A DNA stretch of 64,000 nucleotides, from assembly GCA_964649165.1 (NCBI GenBank), contig CAZYPC010000003.1:11430-75429 (forward strand). The letters are read 5' to 3'. A program made the translations under genes and the position numbers. Of the stretch, positions 1-8,977 are shown piece after piece. Each line of letters begins with the position of its first letter. Position 1 is the stretch's first letter. The stretch is from an uncultured Chryseobacterium sp. (lineage in GTDB: Bacteria; Bacteroidota; Bacteroidia; Flavobacteriales_F; PHOS-HE28). Below the pieces are notes generated by a model that searched no databases, was not told the origin of the DNA, and saw only the letters and a program-made list of their open reading frames with translations.

Positions 1-83
1 GTGCGCTTTGAGAAGAGGCGTTAGACGTTATCGCGTGCTTGTCCCACGACGCCGGACAACCAACAACCGTCAACCGACAACCC

Positions 84-713
84 TCACGACGCTCTCCGCA
101 TCTGCACCGGCCGCTCCACCTGCACTTCGGCCGTGGGGTCGATGAAGTAGATGCGTCGGTCGTTGAGGCACCTGCATTTGTAGCGCTTGCGCAGTTGCGG
201 ACCCTTCACGAAGATCTTCTGCTGGAAGCGGAAGACCGTGGTTTCGCGCAGTTCCTCCAGGAAGGGCAGGGGGTCGGCGTCGTACCGGCGGAGCACCCGC
301 ATCAATCCATGGTCGGTGCAGCTGCTGCTGGGCGCGTCCTCCAGGTGATGCTCCAAGGCATGAAGGACATCCGCCGGGAAGACCTCCCGACTGAGGAAGG
401 GGCGCATCAGCCGGCGATACTCCGCTTTCCATTCCTTGCCATGGGGCTGGTGGCGCTTGAACTTCTCGAACGTGCAGTAGTGCGCGAACTCATGCACCAG
501 CACCGTGAGGAAGGCGTACTTGTTCAGGTCCGTGTTCACCGAGATGCGGTGCGGCATGAGCTTGTTGCCCACCCGGTAATCGCCCAGCTTGCTCTTGCGG
601 CTCGGGCTCAGGCGCACCACCACCGGATGACGGCGCAGCCAGCTGACGACCACGGGCCAGGAGGCGGCCGGTACATGGGCCCGCAGGGCAAGGATGTCAG
701 TTGATCGCGTCAT
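84..713 (-). CDS. SprT-like zinc metalloprotease domain protein
   Basis: ATG start. HEFAHY (HExxH) zinc motif, about 200 aa, basic C-terminal part typical of the SprT family. Confidence 0.7.
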   Translation of the reverse strand: MTRSTDILALRAHVPAASWPVVVSWLRRHPVVVRLSPSRKSKLGDYRVGNKLMPHRISVNTDLNKYAFLTVLVHEFAHYCTFEKFKRHQPHGKEWKAEYRRLMRPFLSREVFPADVLHALEHHLEDAPSSSCTDHGLMRVLRRYDADPLPFLEELRETTVFRFQQKIFVKGPQLRKRYKCRCLNDRRIYFIDPTAEVQVERPVQMRRAS

Positions 714-936
714 GCTCCGTAATTGCTGGAGGGTTCCCGTTCATGCTCCATATCCCATCTCTGCCCTCCTGCTTCGGAACAGCGTTCCAATGCGGGCAAT
801 CACATCCTTTCTTGCGGCTCTTGCGCGCCGCGCCGTATTTGGGTCCGCTCGCGCAGCCCGTGCCGACGATCGTGGTGGTGAGGAACGCTCCGGCGAGGAT
901 CATGGTGGCGAGGGAGCGTTTCCTGTGCATTTCCAT
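697..936 (-). CDS. small putative lipoprotein (hypothetical)
   Basis: Internal ATG of track ORF 697..960 (-) giving MEMHRKRSLATMILAGAFLTTTIVGTGC... Basic n-region, hydrophobic core and a lipobox-like GTGC. High GC3 codon usage matching the genome, unlike the overlapping + strand ORFs 694..966 and 701..946. Confidence 0.35.
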   Translation of the reverse strand: MEMHRKRSLATMILAGAFLTTTIVGTGCASGPKYGAARKSRKKGCDCPHWNAVPKQEGRDGIWSMNGNPPAITEHDAIN

Positions 937-982
937 CCCGAGGTAACGGGATACAGGCAAATGTAATTGCCAACCACCCGGT

Positions 983-1792
983 GTGGAAGACCCTCGCGAA
1001 AAGAGGTCGGGGACCCTTGACCGGGCCTATTTTGGCCCTCGTTCCCGCGCCTTGAACCTCCTGTTCCATACCGGCCATTACTTCCAGTTGCTGGGGGAGG
1101 TTTTTTCCAAACCCGAGCGGTTCAGCTTGTACTGGAAGCGCACGGTGGAGGAGATCGACCTGCTGGGCGTCAAGAGCTTGGGTATCGTGGCGCTGCTCTC
1201 GGTCTTCATGGGGGCGGTCATCACCATCCAGACCAAGACCAACATCGATTCGGCCTGGATACCCCAGTACGTGGTCGGGTTCACCGCCCGGCAAAGCACC
1301 ATCCTGGAGTTCAGCCCCACCATCATCAGCCTGATCCTGGCCGGGAAGGTGGGCAGCAACATCGCGGCGGAGATCGGCTCCATGCGCGTGAAGGAGCAGA
1401 TCGATGCCTTGGACATCATGGGCGTGAACAGCGCGGGCTACCTCATCCTGCCGAAGGTGGCCGCCGCCATCATCATCAACCCCTTCCTGGTCATCATCAG
1501 CATGTTCCTCAGCATTTTCGGGGGTTGGCTGGTGGGGACCGGAACGGGCATCATCAGCACGAGCGCCTATGTCCAAGGCATCCAGTGGGACTTCGACCCC
1601 TACATCATCCAGTACGCGCTGATCAAGACGGTGGTCTTCGCCATCATCATCACCACGATCAGCGCTTACCAGGGCTACTACACGAAGGGTGGCACCCGCG
1701 AAGTGGGCATCAGCAGCACCCGTGCCGTGGTGTACAGCGATGTGGTGATCCTGATCATGAACTACCTGCTCACCCAGCTCCTGCTCATATGA
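983..1792 (+). CDS. mlaE: ABC transporter permease, MlaE family (phospholipid/toluene-tolerance type)
   Basis: About 270 aa polytopic membrane protein with the conserved MlaE core (ILEFSPTIISLILAGKVGSNIAAEIGSMRVKEQIDAL). GTG start. Its stop overlaps the start of the next ATPase gene. Confidence 0.8.
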   Translation: MEDPREKRSGTLDRAYFGPRSRALNLLFHTGHYFQLLGEVFSKPERFSLYWKRTVEEIDLLGVKSLGIVALLSVFMGAVITIQTKTNIDSAWIPQYVVGFTARQSTILEFSPTIISLILAGKVGSNIAAEIGSMRVKEQIDALDIMGVNSAGYLILPKVAAAIIINPFLVIISMFLSIFGGWLVGTGTGIISTSAYVQGIQWDFDPYIIQYALIKTVVFAIIITTISAYQGYYTKGGTREVGISSTRAVVYSDVVILIMNYLLTQLLLI

Positions 1793-2550
1793 TCGAGGTG
1801 CAACACCTCAGCAAGCGCTTCGGGAACAACCAGGTGCTGTCCGACATCAGCGCCGTGTTCGAGAAGGGGCGTGTGAACCAGATCATCGGCAAGAGCGGAA
1901 GCGGGAAGAGCGTGCTGTGCAAGTGCATCGTCGGGCTTTTCGTACCGGAGGAAGGGGAGGTGCTTTACGATGGCCGCTCCTTCCACCACCTGGACAAGGA
2001 GCAGAAACGCGAGGTGCGGCAGGAGATCGGCATGCTGTTCCAGAGCAGCGCACTGTTCGACTCGCTCACCGTGCTCGAGAACGTGCTCTTCCCCCTGCGC
2101 ATGTTCGCCACGATGGAGGAGAGCGAAATGGAGGACCGAGCGCAACTCTGCCTGAAGCGCGTGAAGATCGAGGGAAAGGACAAGCTCTATCCCAGCGAGA
2201 TCAGCGGGGGCATGCAGAAGCGCGTGGGCATCGCAAGGGCCATCGCCATGAACCCCAAGTACCTGTTCGTGGACGAGCCCAACAGCGGCCTCGATCCGCA
2301 GACGAGCATCGTGATCGACAACCTGATCAACGAACTGACGGAGGAATACGACATGACCACGATCATGATCACGCACGACATGAACAGCGTGATGGAGGCC
2401 GGGGACAACATCCTGTTCATCCACGAAGGGAAGGCCTGGTGGAAGGGCACGCGCCAGGAGATGTTGGAGAGCGACAACCGCGAGCTGAACGACTTCATTT
2501 TCGCCAGTGGCCTCATGCGCAAGGTGAAGGAGGCCGCGAAGAGGGGGTGA
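1789..2550 (+). CDS. mlaF: ABC transporter ATP-binding protein, MlaF family
   Basis: Internal ATG (MIEVQHLSKRFG...) of track ORF 1525..2550. Walker A GKSGSGKS, signature SGGMQKRV, Walker B LFVDEP. ATGA overlap with mlaE. Confidence 0.85.
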   Translation: MIEVQHLSKRFGNNQVLSDISAVFEKGRVNQIIGKSGSGKSVLCKCIVGLFVPEEGEVLYDGRSFHHLDKEQKREVRQEIGMLFQSSALFDSLTVLENVLFPLRMFATMEESEMEDRAQLCLKRVKIEGKDKLYPSEISGGMQKRVGIARAIAMNPKYLFVDEPNSGLDPQTSIVIDNLINELTEEYDMTTIMITHDMNSVMEAGDNILFIHEGKAWWKGTRQEMLESDNRELNDFIFASGLMRKVKEAAKRG

Positions 2551-2679
2551 GGCCGGAGGCCGGTTGACGGTTATCTGTTGTTGGTTGTCAGGCTGCCGAT
2601 GGCGCGCCTTGAAGATCGGTCAATCGACCGCTATCGCGCGCTTGTTCCGTTCCGACGGACAACCACCAACCGACAACAG

Positions 2680-2720
2680 AAACCCCGGCATCCGGAGTCC
2701 GCTCCGGGTGCCGGGGTTTC
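2680..2720. terminator. GC-rich hairpin between convergent mlaF and T9SS cargo gene (bidirectional terminator candidate)
   Basis: AAACCCCGGCATCCGGAG-tcc-gCTCCGGGTGCCGGGGTTT perfect about 18-bp stem, followed by TTCTTCGGGG. Confidence 0.6.
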
Positions 2721-2733
2721 TTCGGGGCTGACG

Positions 2734-4566
2734 TCAGAACCGCTGCACCTTGCCGGTGTGGCGAACGCCGTTGATGATCACGCTATAGTGGTAGACCCCG
2801 GCGGTGAGCGCCGCGCCATCGAGGCGATAGCGCTGCTGTCCGGCGGTGAGCTTTCCGAGGCTCTTCGCCACCACCTGACGTCCCAATGCATCATGCAGTT
2901 CGATGCGCACATCGGCGGTGCGGGCCAGCTCGAAGCGCAGGTCGCAGGCGTTGTCGAAGGGGTTCGGTCCCGCCTGTACCACCGATACCAGACCGTCCGT
3001 TTCGGCGATGCCGATGGGACCGCTGGCCAGCACCGCACGCACCATCGGCGTCTTGGTGATGGTGAACTCCATGTTCGCCGCCAGGTTGGGGTAGTGGATC
3101 AGCGCGATCTGCAGGGGTACGAAACCGCTGGTCGCGAAACGGATGCTGTCCGAGGCCTGGAACGTGCCAGCCATCACCTGCACCACGTCGCCTGAGAACA
3201 CGTCGATCGGGTTGGTGAAGTTCATGGTGAAGAACGAAGTACCACCGATGTCGTTGAGGTCGGCTGCTTCGATCGTGTGCTCCACGCTGAAATCACCACG
3301 CAGGGAAGGGTGGGATGCATTGTCCGCCGCCAGGTCATACACCGCGCCATAGACGAGACCGCCTACCGGTGTCGCATTGTGAACGGCGGCCTGCACGGCG
3401 ATGATCTGGTCGTCCACTTGGAACTGGAACTTCGACCCCACCTCATAGTTCTCGGCGAGGTTGTCCGGAGCCTGACGCTGGAACCCGGTCACCGCGCCAT
3501 TGTCCAAGGCATATACGCTTCCGGAGACGGCGAATTCCCGCACCTCCGTGTTGTTCTCAGGAACTTCGTCCGCCTCGTTCTGTGTGAGGGAGAAAGTCAC
3601 CTCGTAGTTCCCGATCTCGCCATTGGGCTGGAACAGGTCGAAGAGCTGCTCGTACTCGTTGCCGGGATCAACGTCCACAGCGTCCGCAGACCAGGTGAAG
3701 TCGTCACCGTTCGGACCAACGATGGCCATCGTGGCTACAACACCGGTCTGCTGCATATAACCCTTGTTCTTCACCTTGGCCTTCGCTTCCAGCGCAACGA
3801 GGTGCGCCTGTGGGTAAATGGTGTAAGGCTGGAAGTCCGGTCCGGTGTTGGCGAAATCGAAGGAGGTGGTGAAGGCGCTGAGCAGGGCCATGTCGTTCTC
3901 CGGCAGCTCATCGATGGCGATGTTGTCCACCTGCCAGCCATAATCCCAGGTGGCGGCGTAGCGGAAACGGATGCGCACGTTGGCCGGGTTGGCAGCTACA
4001 AGGTCGCTGATGTTCACATCGACCGCCTCCGGATTCGGGCGGCCGTCGCGGCCCACACCATCGTTGATCAGGATATCGTCCCAGTTGGCGCCGTCGTCGG
4101 TGGAAACACCCACCCACACATCCACCAGGTCCTCGTCGAACACTTGGTAGTACTGATCGAAGGTGAGGCGCAGGTTCGCCGGAGCGCTGGACAGGTCGAT
4201 CACGGGGCTCACCAACGAGCTCTCGTTGAAGAGGCCGGATTCGCCCTCGAAGTCGTCGTCGAAAATGGCCCAGCCCGTGGTCGTATTCATCACGGGCACG
4301 GGGTATTGGCTGGAGGTCGGGCCGGGACCGGTGTTGGTCCAATGCCACACCACGGAGCCCTCATCGTTCGTCACCGTCCATCCGTTCAGGTCATTGTCGA
4401 AATTCTCCGTGAAGAATGCGCTGCCCTTGGGCATGCCTCGCTCGCCTTTGACGCATGGTTGATGATATCCGTGTTTGGCCTCCGGATGCAGCGGGAATTC
4501 AACGCGGTTCTGCGCCGTCGCGCAAAGGGCCATCATGCACAATGGCCAGGTGTAAAGTCGTTCCAT
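2734..4566 (-). CDS. secreted MAM-like (choice-of-anchor-J-like) domain protein with T9SS C-terminal sorting domain, paralog A
   Basis: Signal peptide MERLYTWPLCMMALCATAQ (internal start of ORF 2734..4626). ENFDNDLNGWTV...WHWT MAM-like N-domain. C-terminal about 80 aa ends ...GVYHYSVIINGVRHTGKVQRF, typical of a Por/T9SS CTD. Confidence 0.7.
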   Translation of the reverse strand: MERLYTWPLCMMALCATAQNRVEFPLHPEAKHGYHQPCVKGERGMPKGSAFFTENFDNDLNGWTVTNDEGSVVWHWTNTGPGPTSSQYPVPVMNTTTGWAIFDDDFEGESGLFNESSLVSPVIDLSSAPANLRLTFDQYYQVFDEDLVDVWVGVSTDDGANWDDILINDGVGRDGRPNPEAVDVNISDLVAANPANVRIRFRYAATWDYGWQVDNIAIDELPENDMALLSAFTTSFDFANTGPDFQPYTIYPQAHLVALEAKAKVKNKGYMQQTGVVATMAIVGPNGDDFTWSADAVDVDPGNEYEQLFDLFQPNGEIGNYEVTFSLTQNEADEVPENNTEVREFAVSGSVYALDNGAVTGFQRQAPDNLAENYEVGSKFQFQVDDQIIAVQAAVHNATPVGGLVYGAVYDLAADNASHPSLRGDFSVEHTIEAADLNDIGGTSFFTMNFTNPIDVFSGDVVQVMAGTFQASDSIRFATSGFVPLQIALIHYPNLAANMEFTITKTPMVRAVLASGPIGIAETDGLVSVVQAGPNPFDNACDLRFELARTADVRIELHDALGRQVVAKSLGKLTAGQQRYRLDGAALTAGVYHYSVIINGVRHTGKVQRF

Positions 4567-4679
4567 CAGAACAAGGGGTTTCCGGCGAAGATATCGCACA
4601 CTGCTGTACGCCTCCGAACGTTCCACCCCGTGGTTGATGGACGGTTGTGGATAGGTTGTGACGCGACCGCATCAGGCCC

Positions 4680-4735
4680 AAAAAAAAGCGAAGCCCCCCG
4701 GAACCCCGGAGTTTCATCCAGGGCCGGGGGGCTTC
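4680..4735 (-). terminator. Rho-independent terminator of paralog B (minus strand)
   Basis: GAAGCCCCCCGG...CCGGGGGGCTTC 12-bp stem immediately 3' of the gene, followed on the minus strand by a T8 tract (A8 on plus at 4681-4688). Confidence 0.7.
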
Positions 4736-4756
4736 GTCTATCAGGTCCGTCGATCC

Positions 4757-6673
4757 TTAGTGGATCACGGTCATGCGCTTGGTCAAACGGGTGCCGTCGG
4801 CGGTGAGCGAGTAGAAGTACACGCCCTCGTTCAGGCTCGTGGTATCGAACTGCAGGCGATGGCTACCCGCGCCGCGCTTGCCCACGGCCTGTGTGGCCAC
4901 GAGCTTGCCGCTCATGTCATGCACCTCCAGGTTCAGGTTGGCGGCCTCCTTCAGGTCGAAGGGGATCACCGTGATGCCCGTGGCCGGGTTCGGGATGTTC
5001 TGGCCCAGGCCGATGCCGTTCTGGCGGTCGCCTTCTTCGATGCCCACGCTCGGGTTGAAGTTCATGCGCACCAGCGGCATGTCATTCGTGTAGAACCATA
5101 CCAGACCCGCGTCCGGTTCATCCGTGGGGGGATCATAGTAGATGAAGGTCGTTTGGTCTTCGGACACCCCATTGATGGCCGTCCGCACCTCTGCGCCGCC
5201 GAAGTGCTTGATACAAACGAAGTAATCCAGTCCAGCTTCCAGGAACTGGGGTTCGCTGAAGATCAACGAGATCACCTTGGTGCCATTGGTCCCATTCAGT
5301 TCGCTACTGGCGATGGTGTGGTCCATCGTTTCGGAGAGCTCGACCTCCACGTCGCTTCCGTCCTTCAGCAGGCCCACGATCGGAACCCCAACAGGGCTGG
5401 GGCTGCCACCGTTACGGATGGCCACGTCAACGGCGTACAGTTCCACATCGTTCGCGATATGGAAACCGTTGCACAACTCGTATTCGCCGCTGCCGATGTC
5501 CTCATAGGAAGCCGCCGTTCCTCCGTCACGTGAGTAGATGAACTCCTTCACCTTGAAGGAACTCTCTGCAGTGTTGTTGTCGTCCGTGGTGTCCCCCACG
5601 GTTGAAGTTGCCGTGTACGTGACATCATAGGTGCCTTCCGTGGCCGGCGGGATGAAGTCGGGTGAAACGTACACCGTCTGTTGGCAGGCGTCCACATCCA
5701 CGGTCTGGTTCTGGTCCAGCACCGTGTTGGCGCCTTCCATGACCTTGAAGTTCAAGACTGTGCCGGTCTGAGCCAGAGAGCCGTTGCTCCTCACCGTCAT
5801 GCTGAGCGGAACCGGGCGCAGTTGGCTGAAGGGATACACCGTGTAGTTCAACGAATCGTAGGAGATGGCCGTGTTCAGGTCCCAGTAGGACTGTGAGGCG
5901 CTCTCCAGCACCAGGTCATGTTGTGCCGGCTCGATCAATTTCACATCATCGATCTGCCAGTGGTAGTGGGAGGATCCCGAGTTGGTACCGTCGTGCATGA
6001 ACCGGAATTGCACCTGGCTGGCGTTCCCTGAAAGGATATCGCAGGAAATGTTCGCGGTCGCCGTCACTGTCCCGGTCCCCGCATTGATCGGGGTGCTGGG
6101 AAGGACATGGACGCCCGAGGACCACAAGCTGCCCCCGTTCGTGCTCACTTGCACATACCAAGGCACTTCACCGCAGCACCAGCGTCCCGCCATCTCGAAC
6201 TCGACGACCACGTTGGGCGTCGCGCTCAGGTCGAGTACGGGGGAAACCAGTCCGGCATCCCAGTTGACAGGCGAAGAGACGATGGTCGTATCGCTCCAGT
6301 CCGTGTTGGCTGAATCCGTGGCCAGCAGCATCCAGCCATTATCGGCGGTGGTCGAGTTGATCACCTCGCCGGGGTCGGTGTACGCGCCGTTCGGGGCGCT
6401 GTGCGTGTAGTGCCAGAGGCTGCCGTCGGCTTCGTTCGTGGTCCATGCGCCAAAACCGTTGTTACCTGCCATGCCGTTGGCGAAGTCCTCGCTGAAGACG
6501 ACATCACCGGGCGCGCGGTCTTGTGCCTCCGCCGTACCAGCGCCAGTAAGGGATGTTGCGTGGGTCAGGCCATGAGGACGGGCCCACTGAGGCAGTTGCG
6601 GTTTGTTCACACGCTGCGCTTGCGCGGCCCCGGCCGTGCAGGCCAGCAGGAGCAGAAGGTACTTGTGGTTCAT
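4757..6673 (-). CDS. secreted MAM-like domain protein with T9SS CTD, paralog B
   Basis: Signal peptide MNHKYLLLLLACTAGAAQAQ (internal start of ORF 4757..6712). EDFANGMAGNNGFGAWTT...WHYT N-domain. C-terminal ...GVYFYSLTADGTRLTKRMTVIH. Confidence 0.7.
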   Translation of the reverse strand: MNHKYLLLLLACTAGAAQAQRVNKPQLPQWARPHGLTHATSLTGAGTAEAQDRAPGDVVFSEDFANGMAGNNGFGAWTTNEADGSLWHYTHSAPNGAYTDPGEVINSTTADNGWMLLATDSANTDWSDTTIVSSPVNWDAGLVSPVLDLSATPNVVVEFEMAGRWCCGEVPWYVQVSTNGGSLWSSGVHVLPSTPINAGTGTVTATANISCDILSGNASQVQFRFMHDGTNSGSSHYHWQIDDVKLIEPAQHDLVLESASQSYWDLNTAISYDSLNYTVYPFSQLRPVPLSMTVRSNGSLAQTGTVLNFKVMEGANTVLDQNQTVDVDACQQTVYVSPDFIPPATEGTYDVTYTATSTVGDTTDDNNTAESSFKVKEFIYSRDGGTAASYEDIGSGEYELCNGFHIANDVELYAVDVAIRNGGSPSPVGVPIVGLLKDGSDVEVELSETMDHTIASSELNGTNGTKVISLIFSEPQFLEAGLDYFVCIKHFGGAEVRTAINGVSEDQTTFIYYDPPTDEPDAGLVWFYTNDMPLVRMNFNPSVGIEEGDRQNGIGLGQNIPNPATGITVIPFDLKEAANLNLEVHDMSGKLVATQAVGKRGAGSHRLQFDTTSLNEGVYFYSLTADGTRLTKRMTVIH

Positions 6674-6884
6674 ATAGGTCAGGTCTTTCGTTTTTTCTGA
6701 AGGAGCGGCCAATTTAACCGGTTGGCGGCTGAGTCCGATCGTTGTTCGGGATCTTCCTCACGGTCCATCACCGGCCATCTTTCAGACGCCACGGAGGGCA
6801 TTCGCCGTTGCAGGACCGCAGGCCATGGACCCATTGGGTCTATACAGGTCCAACCGGTCCTGTGTGATCTTCCGGCTGGGGAAG

Positions 6885-6929
6885 TTGCGAAAAGATGAAC
6901 GCCCCCCGGGGAACCGGGAGGCGTTCATC
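6885..6929 (-). terminator. Rho-independent terminator of paralog C (minus strand)
   Basis: GAACGCCCCCCGG-ggaa-CCGGGAGGCGTTC hairpin 3' of gene 6946.., followed on the minus strand by a TCTTTTCG tract. Confidence 0.6.
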
Positions 6930-6945
6930 AGATGTGATGTCGGTA

Positions 6946-8820
6946 TCAGTTGAGCGAAATGCGCTGCACGGTGGCCTTCTCCTTGTTCGAGATACGCACC
7001 GAGTACACGCCCTTCGCCAGGTCGCTCAGGTCGACCGTGCTCGTGCCGTTCAAACGCCGGGTCGAAACCGTTTCGCCCAGGGCGTTGATCAGCTCCACGG
7101 TGTAGGTGCCTTGAACGGTGAAGTTCAAGTTCACCAGGCCGCTGGTGGGGTTGGGGAACAGGTTCACCCCCGTCAGTTCCTCGCGCTCTTCCATGCCGAT
7201 GTTGGGGTCGGATAGGAGGCGGATGACGAACGCGTTCCCGTTGCCGGCCGTTCCCGGCTCATCTCCCGCTTGTGTCGGCTCTGGCAGGTAGATGTAACTG
7301 CCCGGTTGTGGTACAGTGAAGTCGTCGTTGATGCGGATATCGAAGGTATTGCCTGCGCTGAACAGCTTCACCCCTGCGAAGTATCCGGTAGCGGGATCCA
7401 GGTCGTAGGACTCGGTGAAGGGCAGGATCACGAAGCCTGCATCGATGTCGGCCTGCGTAAGCGTGTATTCCGCGCTGCTGACGAGCGGCGCGGTGGGGTC
7501 ATCGGCGAACACATCCGTGGTGTCGTGCAGGGTAGCCTGGATGGAACCGCCCGGTACGGATTGGTCATTGATCCCGACATAGGCCCCGTAGGCCGTCCAC
7601 GTTTCCCGAGCGAAGTAGTTCGTGAAGCAGAACATGCCGTCCGGGTTGTTCGCGAACGAAGCCGTACCGAGGGATGAAAGGATGTTCTCGGGGTAGACAC
7701 CCAGACCATCGAGGGAGTACTCATCCTCGGTCACTTGGAACACGCGCACGATCGTATCGTTGGCGGGATCGCCATCGCTGGCCTGATCGTTCGTGGTGAT
7801 CCACATCGTGGTGGTGTAAGTGCCCACCGGCCAGTCGCCGATGGTCACATTCTCATCCGCGTTGTAGGATTCGCCCGAAGCCAGGTCCACTGCTGAAGTG
7901 GAATAGTCCAGTACCACCGCATTGGATTGATCCTTGGTCTGTACATGCAACACGACGTTGGTCTGCGGGTTGATGCCGAAATTGGCCAGTTCACCGCCCA
8001 GGTTGAGGTTGGTGCCGAGCTGACCCAGCGGAACGCGTGCGTATTCGTTGCCATCGCCGGTGTGGCTGATGAAGTTGCTCGCCAAGCCCACGTCATAAGG
8101 CAGCTGCTCGAAGATGTTCACGTCATCCACGTACCAGGTATAGCCCCAGATCCCGTAGAACAGGAAGCGCACATACACTGTGGACTGGCCACCGGCCGCC
8201 TCACTGATGTTGACCCGCTTGATCGTAGGGTTGGGTACAGGTACGCCGCTGGACAGTTCACCGGGATACCACACCGGGTAAATGCCCACCGGCAGGTCTA
8301 CGGTAGCGGTGTCGCTCGGGACCTGGGGCCAGTTGTTAGGATCGGTGGTGATCACCACATACGTCTGCTCATTGGAGTAGCGGCGGTACATGGTCTGGAA
8401 TTCCAGGATGACGTTCGGGTAGGCGCTCAGATCGATGGGGGCCACCGTCGAGAGCTCGGCCTTCTCGTAATCCGTCCCGTCCTGGTTGGCACCCAGATCG
8501 GAATCGTACATCGCGTAACCATCGTCAGACGTGCTGCTGGCGATCGCGGTAGTCGGGAAGCCGCCGGTGGACTCGAGGCCCACGCCCACTTCCCAATCCC
8601 AATCGAAGGCGTCGGCCGGGTGGGTGGCCACCCAATCCGCAGGAACGGCGAAGGTGTTGGACCAGATCACAGCCCGGTCCTCAGAGGCCGGGGTCGCGGT
8701 CGAGTGCCCGGTCCGCTGAAGGACGGGTTCGGCCATGCGGGCCTGACGGACGTGCGACTGCGCCAGAGCGGCGGAACCGATCGTCGCCAAAGCCAGGAAT
8801 GAAGCGTAACGCTTGTTCAT
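6946..8820 (-). CDS. secreted protein with T9SS CTD, paralog C (divergent N-terminus)
   Basis: Signal peptide MNKRYASFLALATIGSAALAQ (internal start of ORF 6946..8841). Central region alignable with the neighbouring paralogs. C-terminal ...GVYSVRISNKEKATVQRISLN CTD. Confidence 0.65.
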   Translation of the reverse strand: MNKRYASFLALATIGSAALAQSHVRQARMAEPVLQRTGHSTATPASEDRAVIWSNTFAVPADWVATHPADAFDWDWEVGVGLESTGGFPTTAIASSTSDDGYAMYDSDLGANQDGTDYEKAELSTVAPIDLSAYPNVILEFQTMYRRYSNEQTYVVITTDPNNWPQVPSDTATVDLPVGIYPVWYPGELSSGVPVPNPTIKRVNISEAAGGQSTVYVRFLFYGIWGYTWYVDDVNIFEQLPYDVGLASNFISHTGDGNEYARVPLGQLGTNLNLGGELANFGINPQTNVVLHVQTKDQSNAVVLDYSTSAVDLASGESYNADENVTIGDWPVGTYTTTMWITTNDQASDGDPANDTIVRVFQVTEDEYSLDGLGVYPENILSSLGTASFANNPDGMFCFTNYFARETWTAYGAYVGINDQSVPGGSIQATLHDTTDVFADDPTAPLVSSAEYTLTQADIDAGFVILPFTESYDLDPATGYFAGVKLFSAGNTFDIRINDDFTVPQPGSYIYLPEPTQAGDEPGTAGNGNAFVIRLLSDPNIGMEEREELTGVNLFPNPTSGLVNLNFTVQGTYTVELINALGETVSTRRLNGTSTVDLSDLAKGVYSVRISNKEKATVQRISLN

Positions 8821-8977
8821 GGGTCGTTGGGGTTGTTGCAATAAGGGGTTGAGGGGCGAAAGTAGTTACGAGCCGTTGTCCATGGGATAAATGGAGTGCC
8901 AGGTCCTCGTCACGGAATGCGCGTTCCGTTTCCAACGTTCGCACGAAGCGGTCATTCGACACGTGGCCTAGGGAGGG

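Noticed and set aside
694-966. + strand ORFs 694..966 and 701..946 in the sprT / mlaE spacer
   Set aside because: Lower GC3 than the genome norm and no recognisable features. The overlapping minus-strand frame looks more coding-like.
3277-4806. 509-aa + strand ORF (and similar long ORFs 12941..14395, 14477..15931, 35376..37715, 40896..42188, 43653..45215, 48199..49371, 50490..51452, 55788..57308, 59287..60021)
   Set aside because: All lie antisense to confidently identified genes. They have low-complexity Arg / Gly / His / Val-rich translations and no signal or domain motifs. These are typical shadow ORFs of a GC-rich genome.
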